Virus record (IMG/VR): IMGVR_UViG_3300035208_008180 | From: a virus | Lineage: Duplodnaviria; Caudoviricetes | Direction: 5' to 3' (one strand) | DNA: 64,000 bases | Shown here: positions 25,810 to 36,356 of the stretch, in pieces | Position numbering within the stretch: the stretch's first letter is position 1 | How the letters are laid out: each line of letters starts with the position of its first letter | Program-made: the position numbers and the translations under genes | Notes under the pieces: model-generated | Seen by the model: the letters and a program-made list of their open reading frames with translations, nothing else | The model's database searches: none | What the model was told of the DNA's origin: nothing

Positions 25810-25827
25810 GAAGTTCTCCTTTTCGAG

Positions 25828-26373
25828 TTAGAACGGCAAATTATCTGACCTAGTACCCTCATTATACTTCAGAAGTGGCGGTTGTAAATCTCTATTCTCA
25901 AATCTGCCGAAATGAAACTCCAAGGATACGTCGTCAAGCCCCCGAATGGAATCACACATCTCTATGTCATGTGGTTTAATATCGTGAAAAATCCACACTT
26001 TTTTGATGACGTTGTTTTCCCGCTTGCGAAAAACAAAGGTTACAGAACGGGTATATTTAATCCACTGATGCCATCGCAATAAGTTGGATTCCTCTTCATA
26101 CTCATAACCAATCACCAATGTGCCGTGCTTAGAATAGCACTCATCAAAAAGACCTTGCTGAATCTCTAGCTCGGGTATTGAAGCCAATTCGTCAAAACCA
26201 ATACAATCCCCATCATCATCGCCGTAGAAAGGAACACACAGATGTTCCTCTGCATAGCCAGGAATTTCTAATGACCAGCAATTTCTTTGATCTCTTAGCA
26301 GTTTTTTGATGGTCATTGATGCATAATATGCACCATCAGAAAACAGAGGGCCGCCTATTAATGTGTATTCCAT
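25828..26373 (-). CDS. hypothetical protein
   Basis: 181 aa; ATG 7 nt after TGATATAAT. Confidence 0.55.
   Translation of the reverse strand: MEYTLIGGPLFSDGAYYASMTIKKLLRDQRNCWSLEIPGYAEEHLCVPFYGDDDGDCIGFDELASIPELEIQQGLFDECYSKHGTLVIGYEYEEESNLLRWHQWIKYTRSVTFVFRKRENNVIKKVWIFHDIKPHDIEMCDSIRGLDDVSLEFHFGRFENRDLQPPLLKYNEGTRSDNLPF
25861..25890 (-). promoter_or_regulatory. conserved phage promoter
   Basis: GATTTACAACCGCCACTTCTGAAGTATAAT. Confidence 0.75.
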
Positions 26374-26403
26374 GATACGTATTATATCACTATAATATAG
26401 AAT

Positions 26404-26691
26404 ATGCTACCGAATTACGTTCACAAAGAAGACTTGATTGACCGCATCGCCAAAGAGTATTTTGGAGATGGCAGTATCCCCATTGCCATCAAACGAATCA
26501 ATGATCGTTGGTGCGAATTTGTTCAAGTTTTTCGTAACAGCAACTCGGCACATGCTGCCTTTGCTGGCGATTATGAAGGCCAACTCTACAAAATCTATTT
26601 ACCCCAGGAAAATCAGCTAAAATCCGTCAATGAGTTATTGGAAGAATATTGTGCGGAAAATAATATTCCGTTCGTAAATATGGTATGCTAA
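26404..26691 (+). CDS. hypothetical protein
   Basis: 95 aa, first of a plus-strand trio. Confidence 0.55.
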   Translation: MLPNYVHKEDLIDRIAKEYFGDGSIPIAIKRINDRWCEFVQVFRNSNSAHAAFAGDYEGQLYKIYLPQENQLKSVNELLEEYCAENNIPFVNMVC

Positions 26692-27242
26692 CCTTTCAAG
26701 AATATGTGCTCCAAGAAGGTGCCTACAACAACAAGCGTGGTTGCCGTTACTGGGGAGATGCTGGATCGGGTGTTTTACCCTTCTGTCAAAGCACCCGTCG
26801 ATTTGGTGCCAACCATCGGGGAGCATTTGTCAATGAAGGAGGCACATTTGGAATCTTTGGTGGCGGTATTTTCCTTGATGAATATGGCTTAAACGATGTG
26901 GAGGAATTAATAAATAGCACAATTCCCCAAGATCACGCCAAACAAGAGTTGCGTGAAGAAACAGGCTATAACGGACCCATTCGGCTTCAAGAAATCTATG
27001 TTTACAAAGACAGTAAAATAGGACCACAGGGACAACCTTGCAATTTCTTTTATTGGAATTATATTGGTATTGTTCCTCACGAATTCCCTATAAGCCCAGA
27101 AGCAAACAGTCAGTGGGAAGAAGGCGGGCAATCGGGTTGGCTAACTTTTGAAGAACTCATGCGAGTAACGCCCAAACACTTTGGCCTCAAAGCACTTCTG
27201 GATAATGCGGCGGCAAAACTCCAACAACTATCGAGGAAATAA
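26685..27242 (+). CDS. Nudix hydrolase
   Basis: WGDAGSGVL..GTFGIFGG..AKQELREETG..HFGL. Confidence 0.8.
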   Translation: MLTFQEYVLQEGAYNNKRGCRYWGDAGSGVLPFCQSTRRFGANHRGAFVNEGGTFGIFGGGIFLDEYGLNDVEELINSTIPQDHAKQELREETGYNGPIRLQEIYVYKDSKIGPQGQPCNFFYWNYIGIVPHEFPISPEANSQWEEGGQSGWLTFEELMRVTPKHFGLKALLDNAAAKLQQLSRK

Positions 27243-27478
27243 TGATTACTTTTTCAGAATTTTGTATAAAAAACTTGGCCAAACAAGCAAAAGTAGATAT
27301 TGCTTGCTTAGACAAAAAACAACTAGAAATGGGTGTAAAAGTAGAGCGAGAACACAATGGCAAAATGGGAAAAGATACCAAAGTCATCAAAAACGATGCT
27401 GAGGCTCTTAAAATTGCTGTTGCCCACCTGAGAGAAGACCCCAAGTATTACACAAAATTAAAGAAAATAGAACACTAA
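27242..27478 (+). CDS. small conserved phage protein (DUF5661-like)
   Basis: LEMGVKVEREH..IAVAHLREDPKYYTKL. Confidence 0.65.
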   Translation: MITFSEFCIKNLAKQAKVDIACLDKKQLEMGVKVEREHNGKMGKDTKVIKNDAEALKIAVAHLREDPKYYTKLKKIEH

Positions 27479-27729
27479 TCTGGAATCTTCCAAATATTTA
27501 TCTTTGTATCGCCCCTCGTAGTATCTTTTGGATCAATAAATCCAGGCTTCAAAGATTTTAGTGGCTTCTTGTCATATTGCATAGCAAAATAAGTAATAAA
27601 ATCAGCCGAAGAAGGAGTCACATATAAGGGAGGATATTGACCCAACGCATCATAAATAGAAGGATATAATCCAAGCTTGGCACCTGTGCGTAGATCATCC
27701 TCTTTTAACAACCACTCTCTGAATTGCAT
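27475..27729 (-). CDS. hypothetical protein
   Basis: MQFREWLLKE N-terminus. Confidence 0.55.
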   Translation of the reverse strand: MQFREWLLKEDDLRTGAKLGLYPSIYDALGQYPPLYVTPSSADFITYFAMQYDKKPLKSLKPGFIDPKDTTRGDTKINIWKIPD

Positions 27730-27736
27730 ACATTAT

Positions 27737-28039
27737 CTATGCATTCAATTGCTGATATCCTTCGCCTGTGGTCGATGAAGGAAGAATAGTTCCAGCGGGC
27801 AACAAAAATGACTTACATTTATAAGTCATATTGGGCAGAACATATTCCACTTCCACCAACTTGCCTTCGGCAATCATTTCTTGCAACAAATCTGGAAAAT
27901 CGAAATTGTTGTCAAAAACTTGTTGTCGCACTGTTGGGTTTACATGATTTGCAATGTGAACTGGAAGTTCTGTTGCTTTGCAGCCTTGAATATCGGCTAC
28001 AATTCTAGCAATCAGTTCCTTGACTGCATCCTTGTCCAT
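27737..28039 (-). CDS. hypothetical protein
   Basis: 100 aa with GAGGT RBS. Confidence 0.55.
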   Translation of the reverse strand: MDKDAVKELIARIVADIQGCKATELPVHIANHVNPTVRQQVFDNNFDFPDLLQEMIAEGKLVEVEYVLPNMTYKCKSFLLPAGTILPSSTTGEGYQQLNA

Positions 28040-28060
28040 TAAAACACCTCTTGAACAAAG

Positions 28061-28477
28061 TTATTTGGTTTCAGTTTCGTCCACAAACTCTTGCACTTCT
28101 TGAATAGATCGATATCCCATCAATCTTGTTCTCAACCAACCCTTGACCTTCGGATCATATCTGTATCTGATGATTTGTGGAATTGGCTGTTCATTGGATA
28201 GCTGCTTGGCGAGTGCCTGATCCTTGTCAGCATCCACCATTACCAAAACTTTTTTTCCAAACTTCACCTTAGGAATAACTTCTTTTTTCAATTTTTCACA
28301 ATAATGACACCAAGGGGCACCGAGAATTACAAACAACGGTCTCTTAGAAACCGTTATGACTTTATATGCTTCTGCATAAGTCATTTCTTTCGATTTGGGA
28401 GATTCCGCTTTTTTGGCAACTTCTGCGGCTTGCACAGGAACCACGCACAACAACAAAACAAATAGTAAATACTTCAT
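28061..28477 (-). CDS. secreted thioredoxin-fold protein
   Basis: Signal peptide; GAPWCHYC; IPQ cis-Pro loop. Confidence 0.8.
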   Translation of the reverse strand: MKYLLFVLLLCVVPVQAAEVAKKAESPKSKEMTYAEAYKVITVSKRPLFVILGAPWCHYCEKLKKEVIPKVKFGKKVLVMVDADKDQALAKQLSNEQPIPQIIRYRYDPKVKGWLRTRLMGYRSIQEVQEFVDETETK

Positions 28478-28526
28478 AACAACTCCTTTGGTTAAGGTTC
28501 CACCTATATTTACTCTTCACAAAACA

Positions 28527-28901
28527 CTAAAGTCCTATGAATGTCAAAAGCCTGCGGAGCAGTGATGGCTTTTCCGTAACATACGACGTGCGAATAATTT
28601 CTCCATCAATTTCATTCCACAACGTATTTTTTTCAGGATCGTAATGCCATTCTCTGTTAAAGTCTTCCATGAATTTTTTTGCAAACTCACGAGCCTCAGC
28701 ATCTCTTCTGGCTATTTCTTCTAGCCATTTTTCTCGATCTTCAGAAGTCGGATATTGAGCAACGAATTTTTTGAAGGACTTGTAAAGAATGACTAAGGAA
28801 TCTTCCTTGGCATCACTGGGAAAATCGGCACAAAGCCGTTTGACATAGCCATGCACTATCGCTTTATATTTTTTGTGGTCACTACGTGCATCTTCACTCA
28901 T
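28527..28901 (-). CDS. hypothetical protein
   Basis: 124-aa ORF. Confidence 0.5.
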   Translation of the reverse strand: MSEDARSDHKKYKAIVHGYVKRLCADFPSDAKEDSLVILYKSFKKFVAQYPTSEDREKWLEEIARRDAEAREFAKKFMEDFNREWHYDPEKNTLWNEIDGEIIRTSYVTEKPSLLRRLLTFIGL

Positions 28902-29167
28902 GATTTAACAATAATTTAATCTAAGCTTTGGATTGTTTTTTTCTGCTTCACGTCTAATCTCTATGGGATATTCACCATAATTTCGTCCTCGATGATCCCA
29001 AATCAAAACAGTGCCATCATCGGGCAAATGAAGCAAAGCAGTCATATCGCCGGGGTGCGATGTGCCAATATGGCCATGCCCATCAACATAATAGAACTGC
29101 CCCTTGTCATCCCTCCAAAAGGAACAATCGCCAGTGGCATTCTTACGCCTTTCAAGACATTCTACCA

Positions 29168-29893
29168 TTATAGTGGTTTTGGTGTAAGCAAATTGCCCAT
29201 GTCATCAAAATCTACATAGCCCATATTATGACCCCACGACGGCATATGTCCATCCAAACACATAAAAGTAGTACCCTTATACTCTTGTACCCAATTGATG
29301 TGATGATGTCCAAAAAGCCAAAGCCTTGGTCGGTGCCGCTCTAAACAGGATTGCAAAATCCTATTGGTAACACTAGGTCGGAAGTCCTGCAAGAAACGAT
29401 CCTTGCCAGTATGGGCCAATAAATAGATTATCTCTTCTGCACAATCATGTGTCAAGACTATTTCTGGCTTTGCTTTCTCATAAGCCAACACACATTCATG
29501 CCCCTGTGTCCAACTCAATTCTTCATCTGCCCACCAACTAATGCCGGGAATACGTTCTGCTCGATCAATACTGCGGGCTCCACGAATATAGAAGAACTCA
29601 AAATTCCCCTCTTTGAGCGGAAAAGAATGAGTGCCATAATCGCCAAGAGCGTGTTGAACACGATGGTCATAATCATCATGATTGCCAAGAACCACAACAT
29701 GATGGGCTTTATCAATGTTGGCTACTTGTTGGTGAAAATCTGGCTGCCCGCTCCAAGCAAATCCAAAATCACCAAGCTGCACTGAGTATTCGGCAGCACC
29801 CATTAAGTTAAAATAACTACGACTACCACCTCTATAATTGAGATAGCCGTGTATGTCGCCAATAATACGAATATAAGGTTGCGGTTTGCTCAT
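29168..29893 (-). CDS. calcineurin-like metallophosphoesterase
   Basis: GDIHG, GDFG, GNHD, THD, FGHHH. Confidence 0.88.
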   Translation of the reverse strand: MSKPQPYIRIIGDIHGYLNYRGGSRSYFNLMGAAEYSVQLGDFGFAWSGQPDFHQQVANIDKAHHVVVLGNHDDYDHRVQHALGDYGTHSFPLKEGNFEFFYIRGARSIDRAERIPGISWWADEELSWTQGHECVLAYEKAKPEIVLTHDCAEEIIYLLAHTGKDRFLQDFRPSVTNRILQSCLERHRPRLWLFGHHHINWVQEYKGTTFMCLDGHMPSWGHNMGYVDFDDMGNLLTPKPL

Positions 29894-30249
29894 TTTTTTA
29901 TCGGTGATTTTTCCATCGTAAAGAGAATAACCTCTTCGCCGGTTATTGTGCTAATATCATGGTGCATGCTCAAAACCCTGACGCCAGTTATTTCTGCAAG
30001 CAATGCTTCCAAAAATGGCCGAGCCGTTTCAAGCAAATGAACCCGCACTTGTTTGAGTAAAATAACTCCTTTTTCTTTCTGCTTTTCTACCAAATGTTTT
30101 TCAGAAGCAGTAAGCACCCCTGTAAGCCGGATTACAAAAAAATCACCCAATAAATGAGTGTGAATTTCTTTTGGTCCCCGTCCCATGAATTCCTGTTCAA
30201 ATCGGGTAATTCCTCCACAAACAGCAGCTTCAATTTCGCCTTGAGTCAC
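29890..30249 (-). CDS. DUF2294 / MpsC-family protein
   Basis: FEQEFMGRGP..L.GVLTASE..LKQVR..SMHHDISTITGEEV. Confidence 0.82.
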   Translation of the reverse strand: MTQGEIEAAVCGGITRFEQEFMGRGPKEIHTHLLGDFFVIRLTGVLTASEKHLVEKQKEKGVILLKQVRVHLLETARPFLEALLAEITGVRVLSMHHDISTITGEEVILFTMEKSPIKK

Positions 30250-30415
30250 ATTTGTGTTCCTTTATCCATTTAGCATGACATTGATCTGGATCGTATTTAA
30301 GCAATTCATCAGCCGTCTTTTGGATTGCATCTTCTGCATTTGTGAGCCTTGCTTGGGCACAAATAGAAGCCAGGGCGTCTCTAAATCCAATTGAATAATA
30401 TATGTGTTGATCCAT

Positions 30416-31822
30416 CTAATCCTCCGAGGGGCTGTTATCGCCACACATTTTCACAATCTTCGGATTAAAGGTTGCAACAATTTCAACCAAATCCGATTGA
30501 GCCGCCATAACTGTATCAATATCTTTATAGACCCCAGGGCTTTCGTCTGCCGTGGCGTCCAAGACAATGACACCTTGCCGATCCAAGTTACCTTGGACAG
30601 CTTTCCAAACATATTTTTCTTTGGCTTTTTTACGAGACATCAATCGCCCCGCCCCGTGAGAAGCAGAACAAAGACTCGCCGGATTACCTTTGCCCACCAC
30701 AATATAAGCAGGCGTGCCCATCGAACCAGGAATTACACCCAGCATACGATGGCTTGCAGGGGTTGCTCCCTTACGATGCACCACTACCTCGCCTTGATTC
30801 GGATCATGCGTTTCAAGGAAAGCGAAATTGTGATGATTCTCTACATTAAATAAAACTTTGGCTCCCAAATTCTGAGCCATAGCCTTGTGAATCAATTGAT
30901 GATTGGCTTGAGCGAATCGACCCATCAATTGCATTGCGAGCCAATATTCCTGCCCATCATTGGATGCCAAATCCAACCATGCCAGATTTTTCAAATCGTC
31001 ATATTTCTTCGGCAACTTGGATTGAGCAACCCCGTGATACATTTGGCATACTGCTGCCCCCGGTCCCCGAGAACCTGAATGAGTCATAATTGCCACATAC
31101 TCACCAGGGAGCAGCCCAGCAATATCTGCAAGCGATGGCGAATTTTGTATTTGCAGAATGCCGACATCAATAAAATGATTTCCGCTACCCGAAGTTCCTA
31201 GCTGCTTCCAGGCTTTGTCTTTTTGCTGTTTGGTGACTCTGGTAATTCCCCAATCCTCATCCATAACCGGATGATTTTTGGGCTGATCGAAGACCGCATT
31301 TCCGCCGTCGCCAATACCAAAACGAGTGCTCTTGGCAATCGCTTCCCTGTACAAATTAAATTTCTTTTCCAAGGAATTGACTGGCATATCTAGGATTGAC
31401 AAGCTCATACGGCAAGCAATATCGACGCCGACCGCATTCGGACATACGGCTCCTTGCAAAGCCAAAACCCCACCAATGGGCAGTCCGTAACCAACATGAC
31501 AATCTGGCATAACGGCGGCAGTAACCGCCATCGGCAATGAACAAGCTTGCTGCATTTGTCCGTCACAACCCTCTTCCAACGACCCCCATACCTTGTAGGG
31601 GATAGCAGCAGATCGAACAAACTGTTGCTCTTGAATTAGAAGATTGGCTAAATCTCCGAAGTGTTTATCTCCGACATATTCCTGAGGGTTGGTGAAGAAA
31701 GTCTTCATGATAGCCTTGATATTGCGATCATCGCCGCCCTCTCGGGCTACACGAATAGCATCGACCGCAAGACGGGCACAATCCTCAGGACATCCAAGTT
31801 TAACAAGCTGTTTGCCGTTCAT
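30416..31822 (-). CDS. rtcB: RNA 3'-phosphate/5'-OH ligase RtcB
   Basis: MPDCHVGYGLPIGG, VGVDIAC, GTSGSGNHF, HSGSRG, HHNFA, HRKGAT, PGSMG, SHGAGR, DESPGVYK. Confidence 0.96.
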   Translation of the reverse strand: MNGKQLVKLGCPEDCARLAVDAIRVAREGGDDRNIKAIMKTFFTNPQEYVGDKHFGDLANLLIQEQQFVRSAAIPYKVWGSLEEGCDGQMQQACSLPMAVTAAVMPDCHVGYGLPIGGVLALQGAVCPNAVGVDIACRMSLSILDMPVNSLEKKFNLYREAIAKSTRFGIGDGGNAVFDQPKNHPVMDEDWGITRVTKQQKDKAWKQLGTSGSGNHFIDVGILQIQNSPSLADIAGLLPGEYVAIMTHSGSRGPGAAVCQMYHGVAQSKLPKKYDDLKNLAWLDLASNDGQEYWLAMQLMGRFAQANHQLIHKAMAQNLGAKVLFNVENHHNFAFLETHDPNQGEVVVHRKGATPASHRMLGVIPGSMGTPAYIVVGKGNPASLCSASHGAGRLMSRKKAKEKYVWKAVQGNLDRQGVIVLDATADESPGVYKDIDTVMAAQSDLVEIVATFNPKIVKMCGDNSPSED

Positions 31823-31851
31823 GATTTTTCCTCCAATAGACTATCTCCCTC

Positions 31852-31881
31852 ATTATACTCCAGAAATGCCAGAATGTAACC
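31852..31881 (-). promoter_or_regulatory. conserved phage promoter of rtcB
   Basis: GGTTACATTCTGGCATTTCTGGAGTATAAT. Confidence 0.7.
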
Positions 31882-31960
31882 CCAAAAAACTGCAATTCTT
31901 GCTCTAATAAGGCATTAGATTGTTTTAAAATAAGGACAAGTCGCTGCATATCTATCAATC

Positions 31961-32617
31961 ATGCAATCATACCAAAACTGGAAAGCGAACGAACAGTTAT
32001 TGACCGAAGCAGTCGAGCTTCTGGAGGCTGTTCGTGTCGATGTTGGCGAATTAGAAAAAATTCTCTCTAAGGCCCAGAGCGGCGATCCAGAAGCCAGTGA
32101 ATATTGGCCAATTTTAGTAAAAGCTTTCTTGGAAGGCTATTTGAATAAATTTGGCTTCCAAGCTGGCTTAAACCATCAGGAAAAAGAAGAGGTTATGCAA
32201 AACGTCCTAATGCAACTCACTCGTAACCTTAGAGGCTCATTCGGCCAAGCAATGGAAATTGGAAGAAACACAAGAGGATGGTTGGTCACCATTTTGAAAA
32301 ATGCCATTATAGATCGACAAAGAAAAACAATTAAAAACAAAAAAACCAAAAGTCTTACCTTAGACTTTGATGACGATCATCCAAAATCTTCGGAACCAAA
32401 TCCACACGACGTTATGAGTCGCATGGAAACTGCGGAAAAAGTGCGAAGTGCCATCGCTTCTTTGGACCCAATCCATCAAGAGGTTTTGATAATGTTTTAT
32501 CAAAATGGCATGAAGTATGATGATATAGCTCAGACGCTACACATTCCGCCAGGAACCGTCAAAAGTCGAATAGCTGCGGCTAAAGACAGATTGCGAAAAA
32601 AGATAGAAGAAATTTAA
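31961..32617 (+). CDS. ECF-type RNA polymerase sigma-70 factor
   Basis: Region 2 (EEVMQNV..GWLVTILKNAIID) and region 4 (MKYDDIAQTLHIPPGTVKSRI). Confidence 0.88.
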   Translation: MQSYQNWKANEQLLTEAVELLEAVRVDVGELEKILSKAQSGDPEASEYWPILVKAFLEGYLNKFGFQAGLNHQEKEEVMQNVLMQLTRNLRGSFGQAMEIGRNTRGWLVTILKNAIIDRQRKTIKNKKTKSLTLDFDDDHPKSSEPNPHDVMSRMETAEKVRSAIASLDPIHQEVLIMFYQNGMKYDDIAQTLHIPPGTVKSRIAAAKDRLRKKIEEI

Positions 32618-32863
32618 TGCAAGAGCCGCCCTTTTGGGACGGCTCTCGATCTGTCTCTACGCATGGCAGAGCAGGCTATTCGACTACAAGCAGCATTGCT
32701 TCGACAGAATCACCGAGAGGAATAAAAACAGCATCAAAACTCTCTGATGCCAGTGGTTCTGTCCATTTGTCGTCCTCAAAACCATTGCATTGAACGTCAC
32801 GCATCACTTCTGCAAATTGATGAAGAGCGGCAGTAAATTCTTTGACTTTCATCTGGTAGTTTC

Positions 32864-33703
32864 CTAGTCCAAGAAAGCAACGTGTCGCATTGCTCTGGCT
32901 TTGGTTTCCTCATTCGGCAAAACTCGATACCAACCATCCAAGAGAACGGTTTTGTGGTCACTGTGGCGGATTTTGCCCCGCACATAAACCTCGGGGTCAC
33001 GCACCATCGTTCTCCACAACACACCCTTGCGTTGATCCAGCGGCAGAGCAGCGTAAGCCTTTGCGGTAATTCCATTGGGGTGACTGCCATTGACATAAAC
33101 GGTGGTGCCACCGATGCGATACAACTCCTCAGCCATGTGCGGCTTGCCACGTCCACGCTGCAAGGGTTCGTTTTTCAAAATGAGGCTTTTGTCTACCTTC
33201 AAGTTTTTGGCGGGCATAAAAAACCATTCACCTTGACGAATATAAGCTTCGGTCTTGCGACGTTTCTTGTCCCTGGCCTTCATTTTCTTGGTCGATTGAG
33301 CCTGCAAAACCTGTGCGGGTTTCAGGGCCTCCATCGCTTGGGGGACACTCGACGCACCGGAGGTCTCGGGAATGGCAGCGGTGAACCAATCCCGCTCATC
33401 GTGACCACAGAGGAATTTGCTCTTCGTATCGTGGCCTTTGCCGTCGTCAATCTTCGTGAGCAGAAGCAGGTGGCGGTCCTTGGGACGAACATCCAGAACC
33501 TGCAATTCGACATCGTTCCCCACTTGGAGATCGAAGTAAGTACCTTCTTTGTCCTTGCGAACATCGACTCTTACCGACTGATTGCGTGGCAATCCTGCGG
33601 TGAATCGCTGACCAGCCCGCAAGCGGGGGTCGTCGCCCAAAGTCGCAACCTTGACCCGTGCCCCCATCGCTTCAAATTTTTTGGATAATGCCGTAGTGTT
33701 CAT
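32864..33703 (-). CDS. conserved hypothetical protein (leaderless, higher GC)
   Basis: 279 aa; FLCGHDERDWF, IRQGEWFF, VRGKIRHSDH; ATG 6 nt after TATAAT. Confidence 0.7.
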   Translation of the reverse strand: MNTTALSKKFEAMGARVKVATLGDDPRLRAGQRFTAGLPRNQSVRVDVRKDKEGTYFDLQVGNDVELQVLDVRPKDRHLLLLTKIDDGKGHDTKSKFLCGHDERDWFTAAIPETSGASSVPQAMEALKPAQVLQAQSTKKMKARDKKRRKTEAYIRQGEWFFMPAKNLKVDKSLILKNEPLQRGRGKPHMAEELYRIGGTTVYVNGSHPNGITAKAYAALPLDQRKGVLWRTMVRDPEVYVRGKIRHSDHKTVLLDGWYRVLPNEETKARAMRHVAFLD

Positions 33704-33709
33704 GCCCTT

Positions 33710-33739
33710 ATTATACTCCAGATTCTTTGTTTGTAAACC
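33710..33739 (-). promoter_or_regulatory. conserved phage promoter
   Basis: GGTTTACAAACAAAGAATCTGGAGTATAAT. Confidence 0.78.
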
Positions 33740-34410
33740 ATCATTTCCAGAATTTCCAGACGGTTTTTAATTCCTCATCTGGGGATGCTTTCCACTCAGG
33801 AAGACTACATCCATGTTCTCGGCTAAAAGACAGATACAAACTCTCTTCCCTGCCGCAACGATGACACTGCTTTCTAGTAGGGCTCATCATAACCCAACTA
33901 TGACCAATAAGTTTGCAAAATAATTTCATTTAAGTAGGCGAAGCATAATCGTGAAATTTCTTCTGATCGGCTGGATTTATTCGAACCTCTTTGACCATCA
34001 CTGTGTTTTTCAACAACATCGGCAAAGAACCATTTAATATCTCCAATGCCGTCAAAGCATCCAATTCTGTACCATACCAATTACCCTGCAATACCGTATC
34101 ATCGTCATATGTGCTGGCATCTTGGCGGAACAATCCCCATTTAGTAGTACGATCAGCAACTGTAGGTGTTCGTTGTGTCATACATTATTTAGTTGTTGTA
34201 AAGCCAAAACTATTTTGTCAAAATCTAAAACAACAATATGCTTGGCTACTTTGCATTCCACACCTTCCTTAGTAATAGCTGTTACTACAGCCGGGTGTCC
34301 AGAAACCTCCAAAGTAGTACCAACACCAATCAACGGCGTTACTGGCTCTTTGTCTTTCATGTTTTTAATATAGCAACTTTTATAAAAAAATGCAACTATG
34401 ATAAAAAAGA

Positions 34411-35487
34411 ATGTACGATTATTTAATAGTGGGAAGTGGTTTGTTTGGAAGCACTTTTGCCAGAAAAGCCAAGGATGCAGGACAATCTGTGCTTGTAATC
34501 GAGAAAGAAAAACATGTTGGCGGGCATGTACGCACAGAAATTATGGATGGAATCATAGTCTCACTATTCGGACCCCACATTTTTCACACCAAACACAAAC
34601 ATGTGTGGGATTTCGTCAACAAATTTAGTGAATTTAATCATTATCGTCATCAAGTCAAAGCTAATTACAATGGAAAAATTATTTCTTTGCCATTTAATAT
34701 GATGACATTCCACCAATTATGGGGGTGTATCACACCTGCTGATGTTGAGGCTGAATTAGCAAAACGTCAAATTCCTATCGACAACCCACAAAATATGGAA
34801 GAATGGTGTTTAAGCCAATTGGGAGAGGAAATTTACCATACATTAATATATCACTATACCAAAAAACAATGGAATCGTGATCCCAAGACACTTCCTGCCT
34901 CTATTATTAAAAGGCTGCCAATTCGTATGTCGTATGATGAATCATACTTCGATGATCCCTATCAGGGCATGCCCATACATGGTTATACGCCACTAGTGGA
35001 AAAAATGTTAGATGGTATAGCCGTGCAGTTGGGAACTGATTTTAAAGAAATAAAAAATGATTGGAGGAAAATAGGAAAAAAACTTGTATACAGCGGAAAA
35101 ATAGACGAATTCTTTGATTTTTGTTATGGAGAATTGGATTATAGGACTATAGATTTCCAAACTACCGTTTTAGATGGCAATTTTCAAGGCGTAGCTCAAA
35201 TGAATCACACTGGTGAATTACCAGTTTATACAAGAACCATAGAACACAAACATTTTTATTTTATAAATTCACCAAAAACAGTCATCACCTACGAGTTTTC
35301 GCAAGCCGCAACAAACACAAGTGCTCCAGATTATCCTGTGATTGATGATAAAAATAAAAAAATATCTGGACTCTACAAGGCTATGCAAAGTCCAGATATT
35401 CTATTTGGAGGAAGATTGGGCACCCATAGTTATTTAAACATGGATGACTGCATTGATATGGCTTTAAGACTGTCCAGCTTCATATAA
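34411..35487 (+). CDS. glf: UDP-galactopyranose mutase
   Basis: YDYLIVGSGLFG, FGPHIFHT, YTKKQW, YQGMP..GYT, TRTIEHKHF, GRLG...YLNMD. Confidence 0.93.
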   Translation: MYDYLIVGSGLFGSTFARKAKDAGQSVLVIEKEKHVGGHVRTEIMDGIIVSLFGPHIFHTKHKHVWDFVNKFSEFNHYRHQVKANYNGKIISLPFNMMTFHQLWGCITPADVEAELAKRQIPIDNPQNMEEWCLSQLGEEIYHTLIYHYTKKQWNRDPKTLPASIIKRLPIRMSYDESYFDDPYQGMPIHGYTPLVEKMLDGIAVQLGTDFKEIKNDWRKIGKKLVYSGKIDEFFDFCYGELDYRTIDFQTTVLDGNFQGVAQMNHTGELPVYTRTIEHKHFYFINSPKTVITYEFSQAATNTSAPDYPVIDDKNKKISGLYKAMQSPDILFGGRLGTHSYLNMDDCIDMALRLSSFI

Positions 35488-35662
35488 ATAAATTATTTTT
35501 TCCAATTCCACAATATCACGACATCTCTGACAAGTGATATTATATCGCCAACAAGCCGTTGGATTCGTGGCCAAACTATGTGAACACCCACAAGGCTGCC
35601 AAGCTAATTCCTGCCTCTTTTTCCAAGCACGCAAATATTGCAATTCAGCTATTGATTCCATT

Positions 35663-35914
35663 TTAGCCTTGCGGTCCAGTCTGACCTGTAGCATTGCTTT
35701 CGGAAACAGAATTGGCGGGTCCAGAGCCCTCTATGACTATTGGTTTGCTCATACAACATTTGCCAAATTTCTTGCCCGAACCACACTTGCAGGGCTCAGT
35801 ATACATTTTAGCATACCTTTCTTTTTGCAATTGCTCTGCCAGTTGTTTGGGCAAACAACATTTTTTGAACTTTATATTGCTTCCGCACGGACATGGACTG
35901 TTTCTAACACTCAT
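35663..35914 (-). CDS. double SEC-C motif protein
   Basis: RNSPCPCGSNIKFKKCC and EPCKCGSGKKFGKCC. Confidence 0.8.
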   Translation of the reverse strand: MSVRNSPCPCGSNIKFKKCCLPKQLAEQLQKERYAKMYTEPCKCGSGKKFGKCCMSKPIVIEGSGPANSVSESNATGQTGPQG

Positions 35915-35920
35915 AATTAT

Positions 35921-36235
35921 TTACCTATGAAAGTGATGTGGTTGATATGATGGACGATAATAATAGGATGGATATGGTTGATAATATCGATAATAATATG
36001 GCTGATACACTGGGCGAGACCAGAACATTGGTGGATAATTATCAAAGGGCCTTGCATAACTTTGTCGAGCTAAGCCTGGATAATAATCATAAAGCGTCCT
36101 GGGCGTTCTCACAGCCCTATTTCTTTCCATATCTCCATATACTTGATCGATCCTCATCTGTGGAGTTGGTGTAAAACCCATGCTCGGTGGCTGGGCGGAT
36201 ACAAGCACTACGCTTAATAATAAAGCTGAAATCAT
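35921..36235 (-). CDS. secreted Tyr/Pro-rich protein
   Basis: Signal peptide; YQPYYY-type repeats. Confidence 0.6.
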   Translation of the reverse strand: MISALLLSVVLVSAQPPSMGFTPTPQMRIDQVYGDMERNRAVRTPRTLYDYYPGLARQSYARPFDNYPPMFWSRPVYQPYYYRYYQPYPSYYYRPSYQPHHFHR

Positions 36236-36304
36236 AATAATACCTCATAAATGTTTATATTTTAAATATAGCGTAAAATAAATTAAATTGCAATATGAAT
36301 CAAT

Positions 36305-36341
36305 AAAAAAAGGAGAGGCAATTTTGCCTCTCCTTTTTTTT
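36305..36341. terminator. bidirectional intrinsic terminator
   Basis: A7-GGAGAGGCA-ATTT-TGCCTCTCC-T8. Confidence 0.85.
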
Positions 36342-36356
36342 ATTCAGTTTGTTTAG

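Noticed and set aside
32882-33688. Long antisense ORFs (also 25015-25764, 48889-49488)
   Set aside because: Antisense shadows of GC-richer genes, with no RBS or recognisable motifs.
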